The notes: generated by a model not told the origin, from the sequence alone. Shown: positions 26,395-38,812, numbered from the stretch's first letter. The stretch: 64,000 bases of DNA from Octopus sinensis (GCF_006345805.1 NC_042997.1:18042001-18106000); one strand, 5' to 3'. Made by a program: numbers and translations.

Positions 26395-26626
26395 AATGCG
26401 AGCTGGCAGAAACGTTAGCACGCCGGGCGAAATTCGTAGCCGTATTTCGTCTGCCGCTACGTTCTGAGTTCAAATTCCGCCGAGGTCGACTTTGCCTTTC
26501 ATCCTTTCGGGGTCGATTATATAAGTACCAGTTACGCACTGGGGTCGATGTAATCGACTTAATCCGTTTGTCTGTCCTTGTTTGTCCTCTCTATGTTTAG
26601 CCCCTTGTGGGCAATAAAGAAATAAG
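26395..26626 (+). mobile_element. SINE family B (tRNA-like head, central GAGGTCGACTTTGCCTTTCATCCTTTCGGGGTCGA domain)
   Basis: B-box-like GAGTTCAAATTCC; second copy at 47731-47961; ends GCCCCTTGTGGGCAATAAAGAAATA. Confidence 0.8.
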
Positions 26627-27174
26627 AATGATGAGGTATGTCTCTTTGTCAATTTGGACTTGTCTGAAAAAGCACGCGCGCGCGCGCGCAATTTATTTAG
26701 GCGGATCCGGTGAGTTTATTACTGTGCCGTTTCAACAGTGAGCAGCCGGTTTTTTATGAGTACATGTGTAACGTGTGTACTAGTCTGAAGTTCAACTATG
26801 TGTAAGTTACTAATAATTTTAGTTGTTGTGTTGTTTAATGAAGGTATATGACCAAAGTCACTCTCGACCTTCTAAGAAATAGCATCCATATCGTCATCAA
26901 TTCATCTTACAAAAATCATGTTGGATAATGTGGTCTTGGTTTCCATCGTTGTAGAGAAGAGAAGGTGGATAATGTGGAAGGTAGAAATTCTCACAACTTC
27001 CCACCATTTAACACTGTCGATCTTTCTCGCTATCTTTTTTCTCTTTTTGTTTCTCAAGTGCTGCTTAACTTGAATATATTTGTATTCATAAGTAATCAAA
27101 AAGGTTTCTTCCTTGCAGTTCTGAATTCTTGTGCGTGTGTGTGTATAGAATTTATTTTCACAAAAGTGCTCCAT

Positions 27175-27237
<63 letters not shown>

Positions 27238-27749
27238 AACTGAACCGAAAGTAATACAAAAGCGGGCATAACATTTTTATTAACTGACATAAGTAATTTA
27301 AAATATACACGTTGAAGGAGTATCTCTTCTTCCTTACAAAAGTTCTACTTAGCATAGTCTTTGAACACAGGCGATGCAACTGCGTCATTGTTGGAAGCAG
27401 CTCTCGAAGCTTCGCAAATATTTAGGTGTGTACTGGTGCACTCACCTTTTCACAGCTACTTTCATCCCGTCTATGTCATCATGTTGTCTCTGAGAACTAT
27501 CTTTCTTTGAAGAACCAAACACGTGGAAAACGGAGGGTGCCAGATCCTGGCTGTATGGTGGATAATACATCACCAGCCAGCCTAATTTGCTAATTGTCTG
27601 ATTTGTTGCCCAAGATAAGCGTGGCCACGCACCTGTTAGTTAATGTGGATCGCTTTTATATTCTTGTTCGATCTTTTCCTTCTAACGGTTTCTCTTTTTT
27701 GAGTGTCTCAGTGTATCGTTTACTTTTCACAATAAAATATTAAAGAAAA

Positions 27750-28330
27750 TGATAGCCTTTGTCATCCTTCAAAATAGCCACCAAGACTTTTTTTGCTGAC
27801 TCTTGAACATCTTAAACCGTGGTGAAGAGGTCTGACCAATTTCATGTACTGAGCCTTCGTTTCAAAATCATAAAGGCACAGCTATGTTTCATTCCTTGTT
27901 ACTTGATCGAAAGAAAGCGCATTCATTGACTTCAACACTTACAAGGGATCAGAACAGGCTTCCACTATTTTCTCGTTCAAATCGGGTGTCAGCCACCGAA
28001 ATACCAACTTTGCACACATTTTCTGATATCAAAATCTTCCATTTTCTGTAATCTGTTATGGCCGCAGTTCAGTTGTACGGTAAGTTTAGGAATAAAAACT
28101 TGTCTGTCTGCGCGAATCAATCTGTCTACTCACTGAAGATTCGTTTCTCACTGCATGCCTTGCCTTCAATGATAGTTTTCCAGTTTTTAAAACTTCTGTA
28201 TCCATCTGTGCACACAGCACTTATCAATGGTGCTGTCTTTGAAAATAAATTGTAGCTTTCTAAGAATATCATTAAGAATTCAATAACGGTATTTTGGTCC
28301 GCTTGGAACACATTATTTGCCTGCATCGAA
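27750..28330 (-). pseudogene. hAT transposase 5' remnant (TTF zinc finger / ZMYM1-like)
   Basis: Minus ORF LFSKTAPLISAVCTDGYRSFKNWK..SEK resembles the TTF-finger region (AF..G..NWK...HE.S..H), followed by WKPVL...MRFLS. Confidence 0.45.
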
Positions 28331-28454
28331 GAATAGACAGTAGACTTAAAGTAGAGGAAAAGTTACTTTACTAACAAGTGCAGGTTGAACGACCTATGCC
28401 AGTTAAAAAAGTTCTATCCAGTTTTGCATTACTTTCGAGACAGCCCTCCAATAT

Positions 28455-28520
28455 GTATATATATGTGTTTGTGTGTGTTCGTATGTATCTATGTATATAT
28501 ATATATATATATATATATGA

Positions 28521-28561
<41 letters not shown>

Positions 28562-28690
28562 TATGTATATGTGTGTGTCTATGTATATATATATATAATA
28601 TATATATATGTGTGTGTGTGTGTATGTACGTCTGTAAGTATATGTACATGTTTGTGTATGTATATAATATATGCATGTATGTATACATAA
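28455..28690. repeat. (TA)n/(TG)n microsatellite
   Basis: Directly visible. Confidence 0.95.
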
Positions 28691-29169
28691 TATGTGTGTG
28701 TTGTTTACACGAACAAAAATAATCAATACATATAGCTTTTATAGAGTTTCATGCCTAATTGATTAATTAATTAATCGATCATCAAGCAAATAACGTTTTC
28801 TGACAATGCTGGAATATTTAACATAAGAAGGTTGTATGGTGGTATGTGCAAGCTGGGCTGGAAATAAGTCGTTTCCCTTCAATGCTTGGAGAATTGAATA
28901 CAATGTACGGATAATAAAATAAGAACATAAACGTAGCAGCTCCACCTGAGGAAGAGAAAAATAAAATGTGTAAACAGTAAAAACAGACTGGGGAAGGAGG
29001 AGGAAGAGAGAAGGAACAGATGAAAGAAAAAAATGGAAAGGGTACAATGCAAAATAAGAATGGAAATAAAATAATAAAATAAACGAATATTAGTTTAGAA
29101 ATACAACAGAGGTTAGAATTCAATGTCAACTATTAAAGCATATGCACTTTCAGAATCCTACTTTCGTGC

Positions 29170-29390
29170 ACATACATACATACATACATACATACATACA
29201 TACATACATACATACATACATACATACATACACACATACATGCATACATACATACATACATACATACATACATACATACATACAAACACACATACATACA
29301 TACATACATATAAAAATATATATACATACATATGTATAAAAAATATATATGCATATGTATAAAAAATATATATACATACATATATATATA
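29170..29390. repeat. (TACA)n/(TA)n microsatellite
   Basis: Directly visible. Confidence 0.95.
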
Positions 29391-29436
29391 GCATAATTAA
29401 ATCTCAGAATGAGATTGAAACAGTAATCGCTCGATA

Positions 29437-29515
29437 ATGTAAAGTATAGAAGCCATCTTATCATGGCTAACCCCAATGTGGTTAGCCATGATAAGATGGC
29501 TTCTATACTTTACAT
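29437..29515. repeat. Perfect 36-bp palindrome with 7-nt loop
   Basis: ATGTAAAGTATAGAAGCCATCTTATCATGGCTAACC-CCAATGT-GGTTAGCCATGATAAGATGGCTTCTATACTTTACAT. Confidence 0.97.
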
Positions 29516-29540
29516 ATATATATATATATATACATAAATA

Positions 29541-29700
29541 GGCGCAGAAGTGGATGTGTGGTAAGTAGCTTGCTTATCACCCACATGGTTCCGGGTTCAT
29601 TCTCACTGCGTGACACCTTGGGCAAGTATCTTCTACTATAGCCGCGGGCCGACCAAAGCCTTGTGAGTAGATTCGGTAGACAGATACTGAAAGAAGCCTG
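29541..29700 (+). mobile_element. SINE family A, 5' half
   Basis: GGCGCAGAAGTGGATGTGTGGTAAGTAGCTTGC..GGTTCCGGGTTCATTC..CCAAAGCCTTGTGAGT..GAAAGAAGCC. Confidence 0.85.
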
Positions 29701-30211
29701 TTCAATCCACACGTCAGGATTGCTTGCACGGACCCATACGACAAACCAGTAACACCAATAATGTCGTTGATTATCCTTCGACGATCCTCATACACAAGCT
29801 GATGTAGTTTTTCCACATTTCCGGGGGTGATGCTCGTGGCAGGTCTTTCAGGTCGCTCATCCTCTTCCAGGGACTTCCGCGTTTGTAGCAAACATTGCGT
29901 ACGACCCATTGCCTCGTCGCCGCAAGCTTGTCGAATCATGCTCAGTGTCTCTGTAGCAGACTTCCCATGTTTAAGGCAAAATTTTACCTTAGCTCTTTGT
30001 TCCAACTTCCTCTCCCTGACAAAATAGCAGGCTACAACATATATGTGATTACAAAAATACAAATTTCGCAACTTGCGAAGTAAACACAGCGATGTCATTC
30101 GACATATTGCCTCATGAAAGTCACTGTTAGCGCTCGCTGCGCACGTGACCGCGTGCTGCCATCTTTTGGCACGCCACAGAACTAGTCCGGGAACGTTTTG
30201 ATGCCACCTCT
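29701..30211 (-). mobile_element. mariner 5' fragment (TIR plus N-terminal HTH of transposase)
   Basis: Minus TIR (TA)AGAGGTGGCATCAAAACGTTCCCGGACTAG; translation LEQRAKVKFCLKHGKSATETLSMIRQACGDEAM...EDERPERPATS...DRRRII. Confidence 0.85.
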
Positions 30212-30222
30212 TACTTACTGAA

Positions 30223-33090
30223 TGATGTTACAATTGTTAATTTACATCAGATATCATGCTGAATACCAGAAGCTAGGGAATGTGAGCTTGGCAAGAGATG
30301 AAAATGAATACTTGGCAAAAAGAGATCTTTTAATACGAAATCAGAGCGGCATGGTTGTCAGTTAACCAAAGAAACCTCTGTGGTTGTGTATTCCACATAT
30401 CTCATTATATAACCATGACCGGACGCGAAACTGCATATAATTTTTTTTATTGATCTTGCAACCGTAAAAATGCACCAAGACAACTGTTGGCTGAAATATG
30501 GGTTAAGGTCACCTGATATATCATGTCCTTCGTCCCTTAATGGACTGACAAGATTTCGAATGCTACGCATTAATACAAGAATTATTCTGCCAGTGAGATT
30601 GTCGGAAGACAAGCGAACGAAACAATAAAAAATTCATGTATGTATATTTGAAGCCAAAGGAGCAGAAAAATTCGAATGCCCTTAAATAGAATTATTCCCG
30701 CCCAAATGGGTAACGAAAACCATTAGAAGGAAGGAAAAAAAGCAATGTGCGATATGTACATAATGGTGGATAAGAAAAGGCAAAGAAATAACACTGTGGA
30801 ATGAATGCATAGCAATTGAGCGCAGGCCTAGAATGAGGGACCATACAGAAAAGTATCTGCAGAAAATTGAACAATGCTCGTAGGTTTTAAGACATGCATC
30901 CATAATCGATAATGAAATTGCAGGGCGAAAGTGCTGTCAACATGACTAAAGCATGCAGGTAAATGTGTAAGAACGATAACATACTCAGGATAGAGAAAAA
31001 GTACGTGTGAATGTGAATAAAGCCTAAATTTTAAAATGCTAACTGGCAATACAGCTACAAGGCAAATAATTAAGATAGAAAACATAAAAGAAAAAACATG
31101 GAACTGAAAATGAAGGCAAATTAAACGAATTGTCAGAGAGTTCATGAATGCAAAATGGCGCTGAAATGCTAAGCACATCCAAAAAGAGAGAAAAAAAAAC
31201 ATGTTGTGTCTTCTTTAGAAATGGGAATATTATGAGAAATTAAGAAAGATGCCGGATGCGCCGTGCCTGGTAAACTTACTTTATGTGCAACGTGGTCGGA
31301 TCGAGGTTGAATAGAGGAGAGAAGAAAGGTTTCTGGAAGCGAGGGCGTAGGAAGCATGCGTGTAATTGAATGTATGTGCGCTGTTTACACCGAAAAGTGA
31401 AGTGCAGCAAAACTTAAATAACCCGAGAAAACTGCAAACGTTCATGCGATAGCATCAAACGAAAACCGTTGCAAAAGAACCATGTGTCGTGTGAATGCAT
31501 GGTGGGCGATGTTTAATTGGCCACAAAGAGTGAAACATCATGAAAAGATGTATGCACGCGAAAGAGTCGTTTGCAAGTGAGTTTGCAGGGAATGAATGCG
31601 GCGTAAACTTTGAACACAACTGTGTTTCAACGTTATAAGCATGCTATCATGAGAACGAATTGAAATGTAACAATCTGGATTGACGATGCTGAGAGGAAAG
31701 AAAATAGGAACATGCAAAGAAAGATTTGTTGAGAGTCAATGAAGTGGGTGTCCGAGTGGAACTAGGCGAAAAGTGCTGGTTCCGAAGTTCTAGACACAAA
31801 ATACGGATTGCACGTGTGCAGTCAAATTGCTGCTCATTGCGGTCTTCTATAGTCTCTTCTGTGTATTCATATGTGCGAAAAGTTGTTCGGTTGCATTTCG
31901 TTGGGATCAGAGCTATCAGAGAGTGTTGGGATCAGAGCTATCGCCGGTTGCAAGCCGGGCAGCGAAGCCCAACTGTCGGGTGTCAATGTTAGCTGCCATT
32001 TCATAGTTGGTGGTTGAACATTGTTGAAAGAACCAATTGTATTGGTATTGGCGTCGGAGTTAGCTTTTTCTCTGGTGGACTTATGAGTGGTCTGCTTAGA
32101 ACGAACCATGATAAACTGTAAGTCTACAATATTTATGTTTGTCGGGGTCATCTGTGTAGAGATGACCTTGCTGTTTCATCTTCGCCGCCGGGATTCACCA
32201 GTGTAGAAAAGGTTTGTTTTCCTCTCGGATATAATGGTGTGAATGGCCTGTCGGGGTCCCCATTGGTTTGTGTTGTTTGTGATCATTAGTTGTCTGGTAT
32301 GAGCTGTTGAATTGGTTGGTTGGCTGTTGATGTCAGGGGTCACCAGTGTGGACTTATACCAGTTTGTGTGGGTAGCTGAAAGTCGGATCACCAGTGTGGA
32401 ACTTTTTAGATGGGAACTGTATTGCTTGGTCTTGGCGAGTGTTGCTTCCAAATAAAACTAAGCACGATGTTTAGATTTTATTAACATGTTTCTTTACTAA
32501 TTGATGTTACAATTGTTAATTTACTTAAGCTGTTATTGTGAATACCAGAAGATAGAGAATGTAAGCTTGATAAGAGTTGAAAACGAATGCTTGGCAAGAG
32601 GTAACATTTGAACACGGGATCAGAGCGTCATGTTTGCCAGTTAATCAAGAAAAACACTGTGGTTGTATATTCCGTGCATTTCAATATATAACCATGCTTA
32701 GGCGTGAAGCTACATGGAATTTTCCATTAGTCTTACCACCTCACAAATGCACCAGGACAACTATTGGCTGAAATATGGGTTAAGATCAACCTGATATGTC
32801 ATAGCAAAGTCGTCGTAGTAGTATTATAAACCCCCGGGCAAATCAATCCACAGGACCATATATATTTATTGACAGTAATCCACAGTATACATAGATCAGA
32901 ATTGGGTTCCTAGACCTGTGAGATCCCTTGGTAAATGTCCATTGTGCACATGCCTTAAGACGGATCCGTGTCGTTGCTTTCGTCCGTTACTGGACTGACA
33001 AGGCCCCGAATTCTACAAACTGCTACAAGGGAAAAGAAAATTTCTTTAAACCTTGGTTAGGCAGACATTTCGGAAAGCAGCTGGGAAGCA
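30223..33090 (-). mobile_element. Probable ancient LINE remnant flanked by diverged ~400-bp direct repeats
   Basis: Repeats at ~30223-30600 and ~32502-33010 (period ~2.28 kb). The intervening minus-strand sequence shows only weak APE/ORF1-like hints (IICLVAVLP). Confidence 0.35.
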
Positions 33091-33595
33091 CTACATTCAC
33101 TGTGCGAACTAAAACCACACTAAGATGAAATGGGGTGTTTTGGGCATTCTTCATCTTTAGTCTCTTTTTCTTCTAGCTTTCTTCTCATTTCTCTTCCCAA
33201 ATTTTTATCTGAACACCTATCTAAGCATTTCCTACTGCTGTTATGAACTTTCCACCGTTGGAGACGTTTTAACCTCCTTTAATTCCACACAACATAGTAA
33301 AGAATAAAGATGAAGTAAGTTTCCGGATAACGAAAACATACATTATTAGAAAATCGAAACCTACAGCAAATGCCAGGGTGAGCACGAAATATTGTAACTT
33401 ATATACTGTTTCTCTGGAGAGTGAAATAGCTTGAGGACTCAGCTGCCCTAACACAAGATCTGAATATCATTCACAACTGAACAATAGCAGCATGCACAGC
33501 ACCAAGCTCTAGTTTACAGCTAATTAAGATTATTTTATTTTAACGAACACGCTATGAATCAATTTATCCATCCATTCACAGTGGACATAGTATGT

Positions 33596-33633
<38 letters not shown>

Positions 33634-33648
33634 CACACACACACACAA

Positions 33649-33705
<57 letters not shown>

Positions 33706-34537
33706 ATATATATAATTTAAATAATGAGGGAGATAAATTGAATATTAGTTTAATTAACATCAATTTAAAACCAGTAGCCTAGCATACAAAAATCTGAAAA
33801 ATCAGAGAGAATTCTCGCATTTTGGTTCTGGTGTCCGCTGAATTTTCCTCTAGAGAACATTCTTTTCTTTGTAGTTTGATCGTAGGTGATCTACTTCTAG
33901 CATACGGCCAACCACACAGTGGCTTGCCCTCCAAATACACACACACACACACACACATACACATATATATATATAATTTGGAGACAAAAATAATCCCTGT
34001 AGCAGCTAACAAGGACACTAGATACATTTCAGTCCTTTTTGACAGTCTAGCTAGCCACTAATGGGATGAGTTATCTTCAAATTCTTGTGTATATGTTTTT
34101 AAACACAAAACTTCCACAAGAGATTTTATCTCAAACGAAAACTGCAGCAACTTGCCTGTTAAATTGAACACTGCTTCATTTACATATACCCGAAAATGTA
34201 TCCAGCCCAGTGGCTATTTGCAATACCAGTGATTATATTATTTGCTGTTTCCTATATCAGAGGTGACAAAGCTTGTCTAGAAATGTGACTGGCTGCAAGT
34301 ACACATCATTAACAAAGCTTTAAAAGGCTGAAACGCATCAGACATTCTTACTAACCTCATCCAAAATGAATTTTCACCTGCTTCCAATACATATTGTGCT
34401 TTTAAACACATGCATAAGAGATTAGATCTTGACTGAAAACTGCAGTAAATGTGACTTGTCTGTTGATGTTTGTACATTAAGTATGATACATGCCTGTCTA
34501 TTTTAAATGAATACCATGCTTTGAATGCTTACACTGG

Positions 34538-34606
<69 letters not shown>

Positions 34607-34659
34607 AATATATATATCATCATCATTTAACGTCCGCTTTCCATGCTAGCATGAGTTGG

Positions 34660-34694
<35 letters not shown>

Positions 34695-34721
34695 TAATAT
34701 TCTTCCACAAGTCTAGTATTG

Positions 34722-34766
34722 ACAGTAACTTCAAAGTTTTGAGTAGCTAACCCATCATCAGACTGT
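34722..34766 (-). ncRNA. Degenerate minimal type I hammerhead-like motif
   Basis: Minus: ACAGT CTGATGA TGGGTTAGCTACTC AAAA C TTTGAA GTT ACTGT. Stem I is a perfect 5 bp; G12 is replaced by A. Confidence 0.5.
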
Positions 34767-36017
34767 GATGCATTAAGTTAATCTTAGCTTTATAGACCTG
34801 CTGTTGAGAAAAATGTTTTCTAGGGTTTGTGACGGTTCAGTTAAACAGCAACTAGGTTGTATAGTGGATTGGGATGCAGAGATGTGGAGAACTTTTATTG
34901 AATTTTACATTGCCAAAGCAAAGGATTAAATCCAAATCAAGAATAGCTAAAACCCAAAATAGCTAAACTAGTCAAGCATTCACTTTCCCAAACCTTTCAC
35001 TACATACTTCCTTTTGTGAACCACTAAAAAACAATCCTGTGACCTGAAGTTGACACACCTAAATATGCACACTTGTTTGCAAAGTTCTACATGCATGAAT
35101 AAATTATGAACAAAAACATAGCCCCAAATTTAATCAATAAATAATTCTCCACAACAGTTCTCCATCACAACCCAACCCACAACCTAATTACCATTTAACA
35201 GAACCCTACAAACCTAAGAAAAATTTTATCATAACAAAGACTATATAAAGCCAAGTTTAACATCATGCATCACATGTTTAGCTGGCTAGCTGACATTTCA
35301 AAGTTACTGTTCTTATAAAAGAATAATAAATTTATACAATACAAAAGTATAAAACAAACTTTCAGATTAATGTAAAATTGTTTCCATTGTAACTAAACAT
35401 AAAAACAGATATTTATGTGTGTATGTATGTATATATATAAAGTTTAAATAGAGGTAAAAATAACCACTTTAAGGGATAGAAAATATCCAATAAATTACTG
35501 GTTTGTTACCTATTATTTTGTTGTGAATAATAATATTCCTAAAGTAATGGGTTTAAGTATAAAATTTTGTTTATGAATATTCAAATTAAAATCCAGAAAA
35601 ATGGAGAAGTAGCATTAATATATTTTATTAACTGCAAAAATTCAACATGTTCCCTTACAGCTGTTTCGATTTTGCCCAAAGGAATTAAATTCCAATAGTT
35701 TAAAACATTTTGGGGGACAAAATCTTGTCAGAGGAGTAAAAATAGTAAAAAGGACATATCGTTAGGTTATTTCTTGAAATAGTGTTTTAATTTAAAATTG
35801 CCGAAATGCAAGAAATTAAAAACCAAATATCTTACAAACTATAGAATTTTCCCAATAAAGCCAACAGAAAAAAATTTTTTATAAACACATTCTACCAGTA
35901 TACGAAGTTCAAAATTTTTTAGTTACCTAGAAATTATGTTAAAAACTGCCGTTCAAACCGAAAAGATCCTACATATATATTTTACAAGATTCTTGATGTG
36001 AAATCGTGTGTTGAAGC

Positions 36018-36287
36018 ATATGTTGCTGTATTTAGGAATGGTCATTTTGCCAGTTTAGCCAATAAAAACACACGCACTATATATTTGGCGTTAATTTGTT
36101 AAGAAAGAAGAAAGCAAAAGACCACTGATGAGGTCACAGAAGTGTGACGAAAGAACTCTGGCCGAAATAAGATTAAGATTAATGTAAAAAATAAATAACG
36201 CTGAAGCAAATTAACACCAAATATATAGTGCATGTGTTTTTATTGGCTAAACTGGCAAAATGACCATCCCTAAATACAACAACATAT
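36018..36287. repeat. Inverted repeat (81-bp arms) enclosing a hammerhead-like core; Penelope-like inverted junction
   Basis: 36018-36098 is the near-perfect reverse complement of 36207-36287. Confidence 0.9.
36122..36161 (+). ncRNA. Hammerhead-like motif (minimal type I, atypical)
   Basis: CCA CTGATGA G GTCACA GAAG TGTGAC GAAA G AA CTC TGG: 6-bp stem II, extra G after A9, CUC site, 3-bp stem I. Confidence 0.5.
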
Positions 36288-36409
36288 ATATATATATAAT
36301 ATATATATATATATATTATATATATATATATATATATAATATATATATATATATACACACATATATATATATATACATATATATATACATATATATATAA
36401 GGCACGTAT

Positions 36410-36680
36410 GAAAGGCACATGGTTCAATGGTTAGAGCGTCAAGCTTACTATTGTGAGGTTGTGAATTTGTTTCCCAGACTGGGCTGCATGTTGTGTTCTT
36501 GACTAAGACATTTTATTTCGCGTTGCTCCAGTTCACTCAGCTGTAAAAATGAGTTGTGATGTCAGTGTTACCAAGCTGTATCGGCCTTTGCCTCTCCCTT
36601 GGATAACATCGGTGGCACGGAAGGGGAACGGGAACCTCTTAGGTGCACGAATGGTCACTCTTGACCAACGGAGTCAAGCC
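36410..36680 (+). mobile_element. tRNA-derived SINE (family C-related)
   Basis: GGCACATGGTTCAATGGTTAGAGCG head; TGTTGTGTTCTTGACTAAGACA..TTGCTCCAGTTCACTCAGCTG shared with 54176-54500. Confidence 0.7.
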
Positions 36681-36699
36681 TATATATATATATAATATA

Positions 36700-37684
36700 T
36701 ATATATATAGATAGATAGATAGAGAGATGTATACACACACACATATGTCTATATATATAGAGAGAAGAAGATAATGATGCAAATAAACAAATGAAACCAC
36801 TTGAGCTCAATGTACAGAATATACATACATATACATATATACATGTAAATAGAGAGAAAACAAAGGACTGAAAATATTCAGAAGATCAATGTTCATGTAT
36901 CAGATCATTAGTAATATATGTAACAGAAAAGTTGTTTCTCTGTATGTCCTGTTACGCATGCCTAGTAATACACATTAACTGGTCATAGAGTTTTCCAGAC
37001 TGGAGTACATGTTTATGCGCATGCCCAAAGACAAAAATTACCATTGACGCTATTTGAAATTTTTACGGGACTAATGCAGAATCACACCTCTCCTTCAAAA
37101 ATGCATTTTTTGTAAATTTTTTTTTTTGGATTCCTGCATTTTAGATTTTGGAGATTACGAATATGCACAAAAAAACTCCTTCTCAAATTTTACCCCACCC
37201 TCCAATTTAAAATTTTGATTTTGTTTACCTTAAAGAGATTCTAGAAAAAGATGCAAATCGAAATCAAATAAAGACAAACACATTAAAATGAAAAGAATTT
37301 GTATTTTACTTGTAAATATATAAATATTTATGCATTAACAGAGCAAACTTTCACAGAGTACAAAGATACCATAAATTAAGGAGAAGGTATTGTGTTACAG
37401 GTCCAACAGTAGTTTCTGGAGGTTTGGAATTACTTCATAATGTTGGCAGATGTATTTTGCAAAAGGTCAAGGATATTCAACCAGTTGTGGAAGCATATAA
37501 ACATTAGGTGTATCTGGCCTCTGTCATCACTGTGAAGAAAGGGCATCTTTGCTCAAATGAATCCCTCTTATAGCTACTTGCTATCTTCTGGATTTAGTCC
37601 TCACTAAAGATTTTGGAGTATAAATTCAAATCATTTGAGTGCTAATGTTTTCTATATTGAGCACCTCTGGATCTCATTTGTTAA

Positions 37685-37762
<78 letters not shown>

Positions 37763-38738
37763 GATAGATAGATAGAGAGATGTATACACACACACATATG
37801 TCTATATATATAGAGAGAAGAAGATAATGATGCAAATAAACAAATGAAACCACTTGAGCTCAATGTACAGAATATACATACATATACATATATACATGTA
37901 AATAGAGAGAAAACAAAGGACTGAAAATATTCAGAAGATCAATGTTCATGTATCAGATCATTAGTAATATATGTAACAGAAAAGTTGTTTCTCTGTATGT
38001 CCTGTTACGCATGCCTAGTAATACACATTAACTGGTCATAGAGTTTTCCAGACTGGAGTACATGTTTATGCGCATGCCCAAAGACAAAAATTACCATTGA
38101 CGCTATTTGAAATTTTTACGGGACTAATGCAGAATCACACCTCTCCTTCAAAAATGCATTTTTTTGTAAATTTTTTTTTTTGGATTCCTGCATTTTAGAT
38201 TTTGGAGATTACGAATATGCACAAAAAAACTCCTTCTCAAATTTTACCCCACCCTCCAATTTAAAATTTTGATTTTGTTTACCTTAAAGAGATTCTAGAA
38301 AATGATGCAAATCGAAATCAAATAAAGACAAACACATTAAAATGAAAAGAATTTGTATTTTACTTGTAAATATATAAATATTTATGCATTAACAGAGCAA
38401 ACTTTCACAGAGTACAAAGATACCATAAATTAAGGAGAAGGTATTGTGTTACAGGTCCAACAGTAGTTTCTGGAGGCTTGGAATTACTTCATAATGTTGG
38501 CAGATGTATTTTGCAAAAGGTCAAGGATATTCAACCAGTTGTGGAAGCATATAAACATTAGGTGTATCTGGCCTCTGTCATCACTGTGAAGAAAGGGCAT
38601 CTTTGCTCAAATGAATCCCTCTTATAGCTACTTGCTATCTTCTGGATTTAGTCCTCACTAAAGATTTTGGAGTATAAATTCAAATGATTTGAGTGCTAAT
38701 GTTTTCTATATTGAGCACCTCTGGATCTCATTTGTTAA

Positions 38739-38787
<49 letters not shown>

Positions 38788-38805
38788 ATATATATATATA
38801 TATAT
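36700..38805. repeat. Near-identical tandem duplication, period 1053-1054 bp
   Basis: GATGTATACAC at 36726 and 37779; TTAATTCACTCTC at 37681 and 38735. Few substitutions; boundaries lie in (TA)n/(CT)n tracts. Confidence 0.95.
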
Positions 38806-38812
38806 GTGTGTG

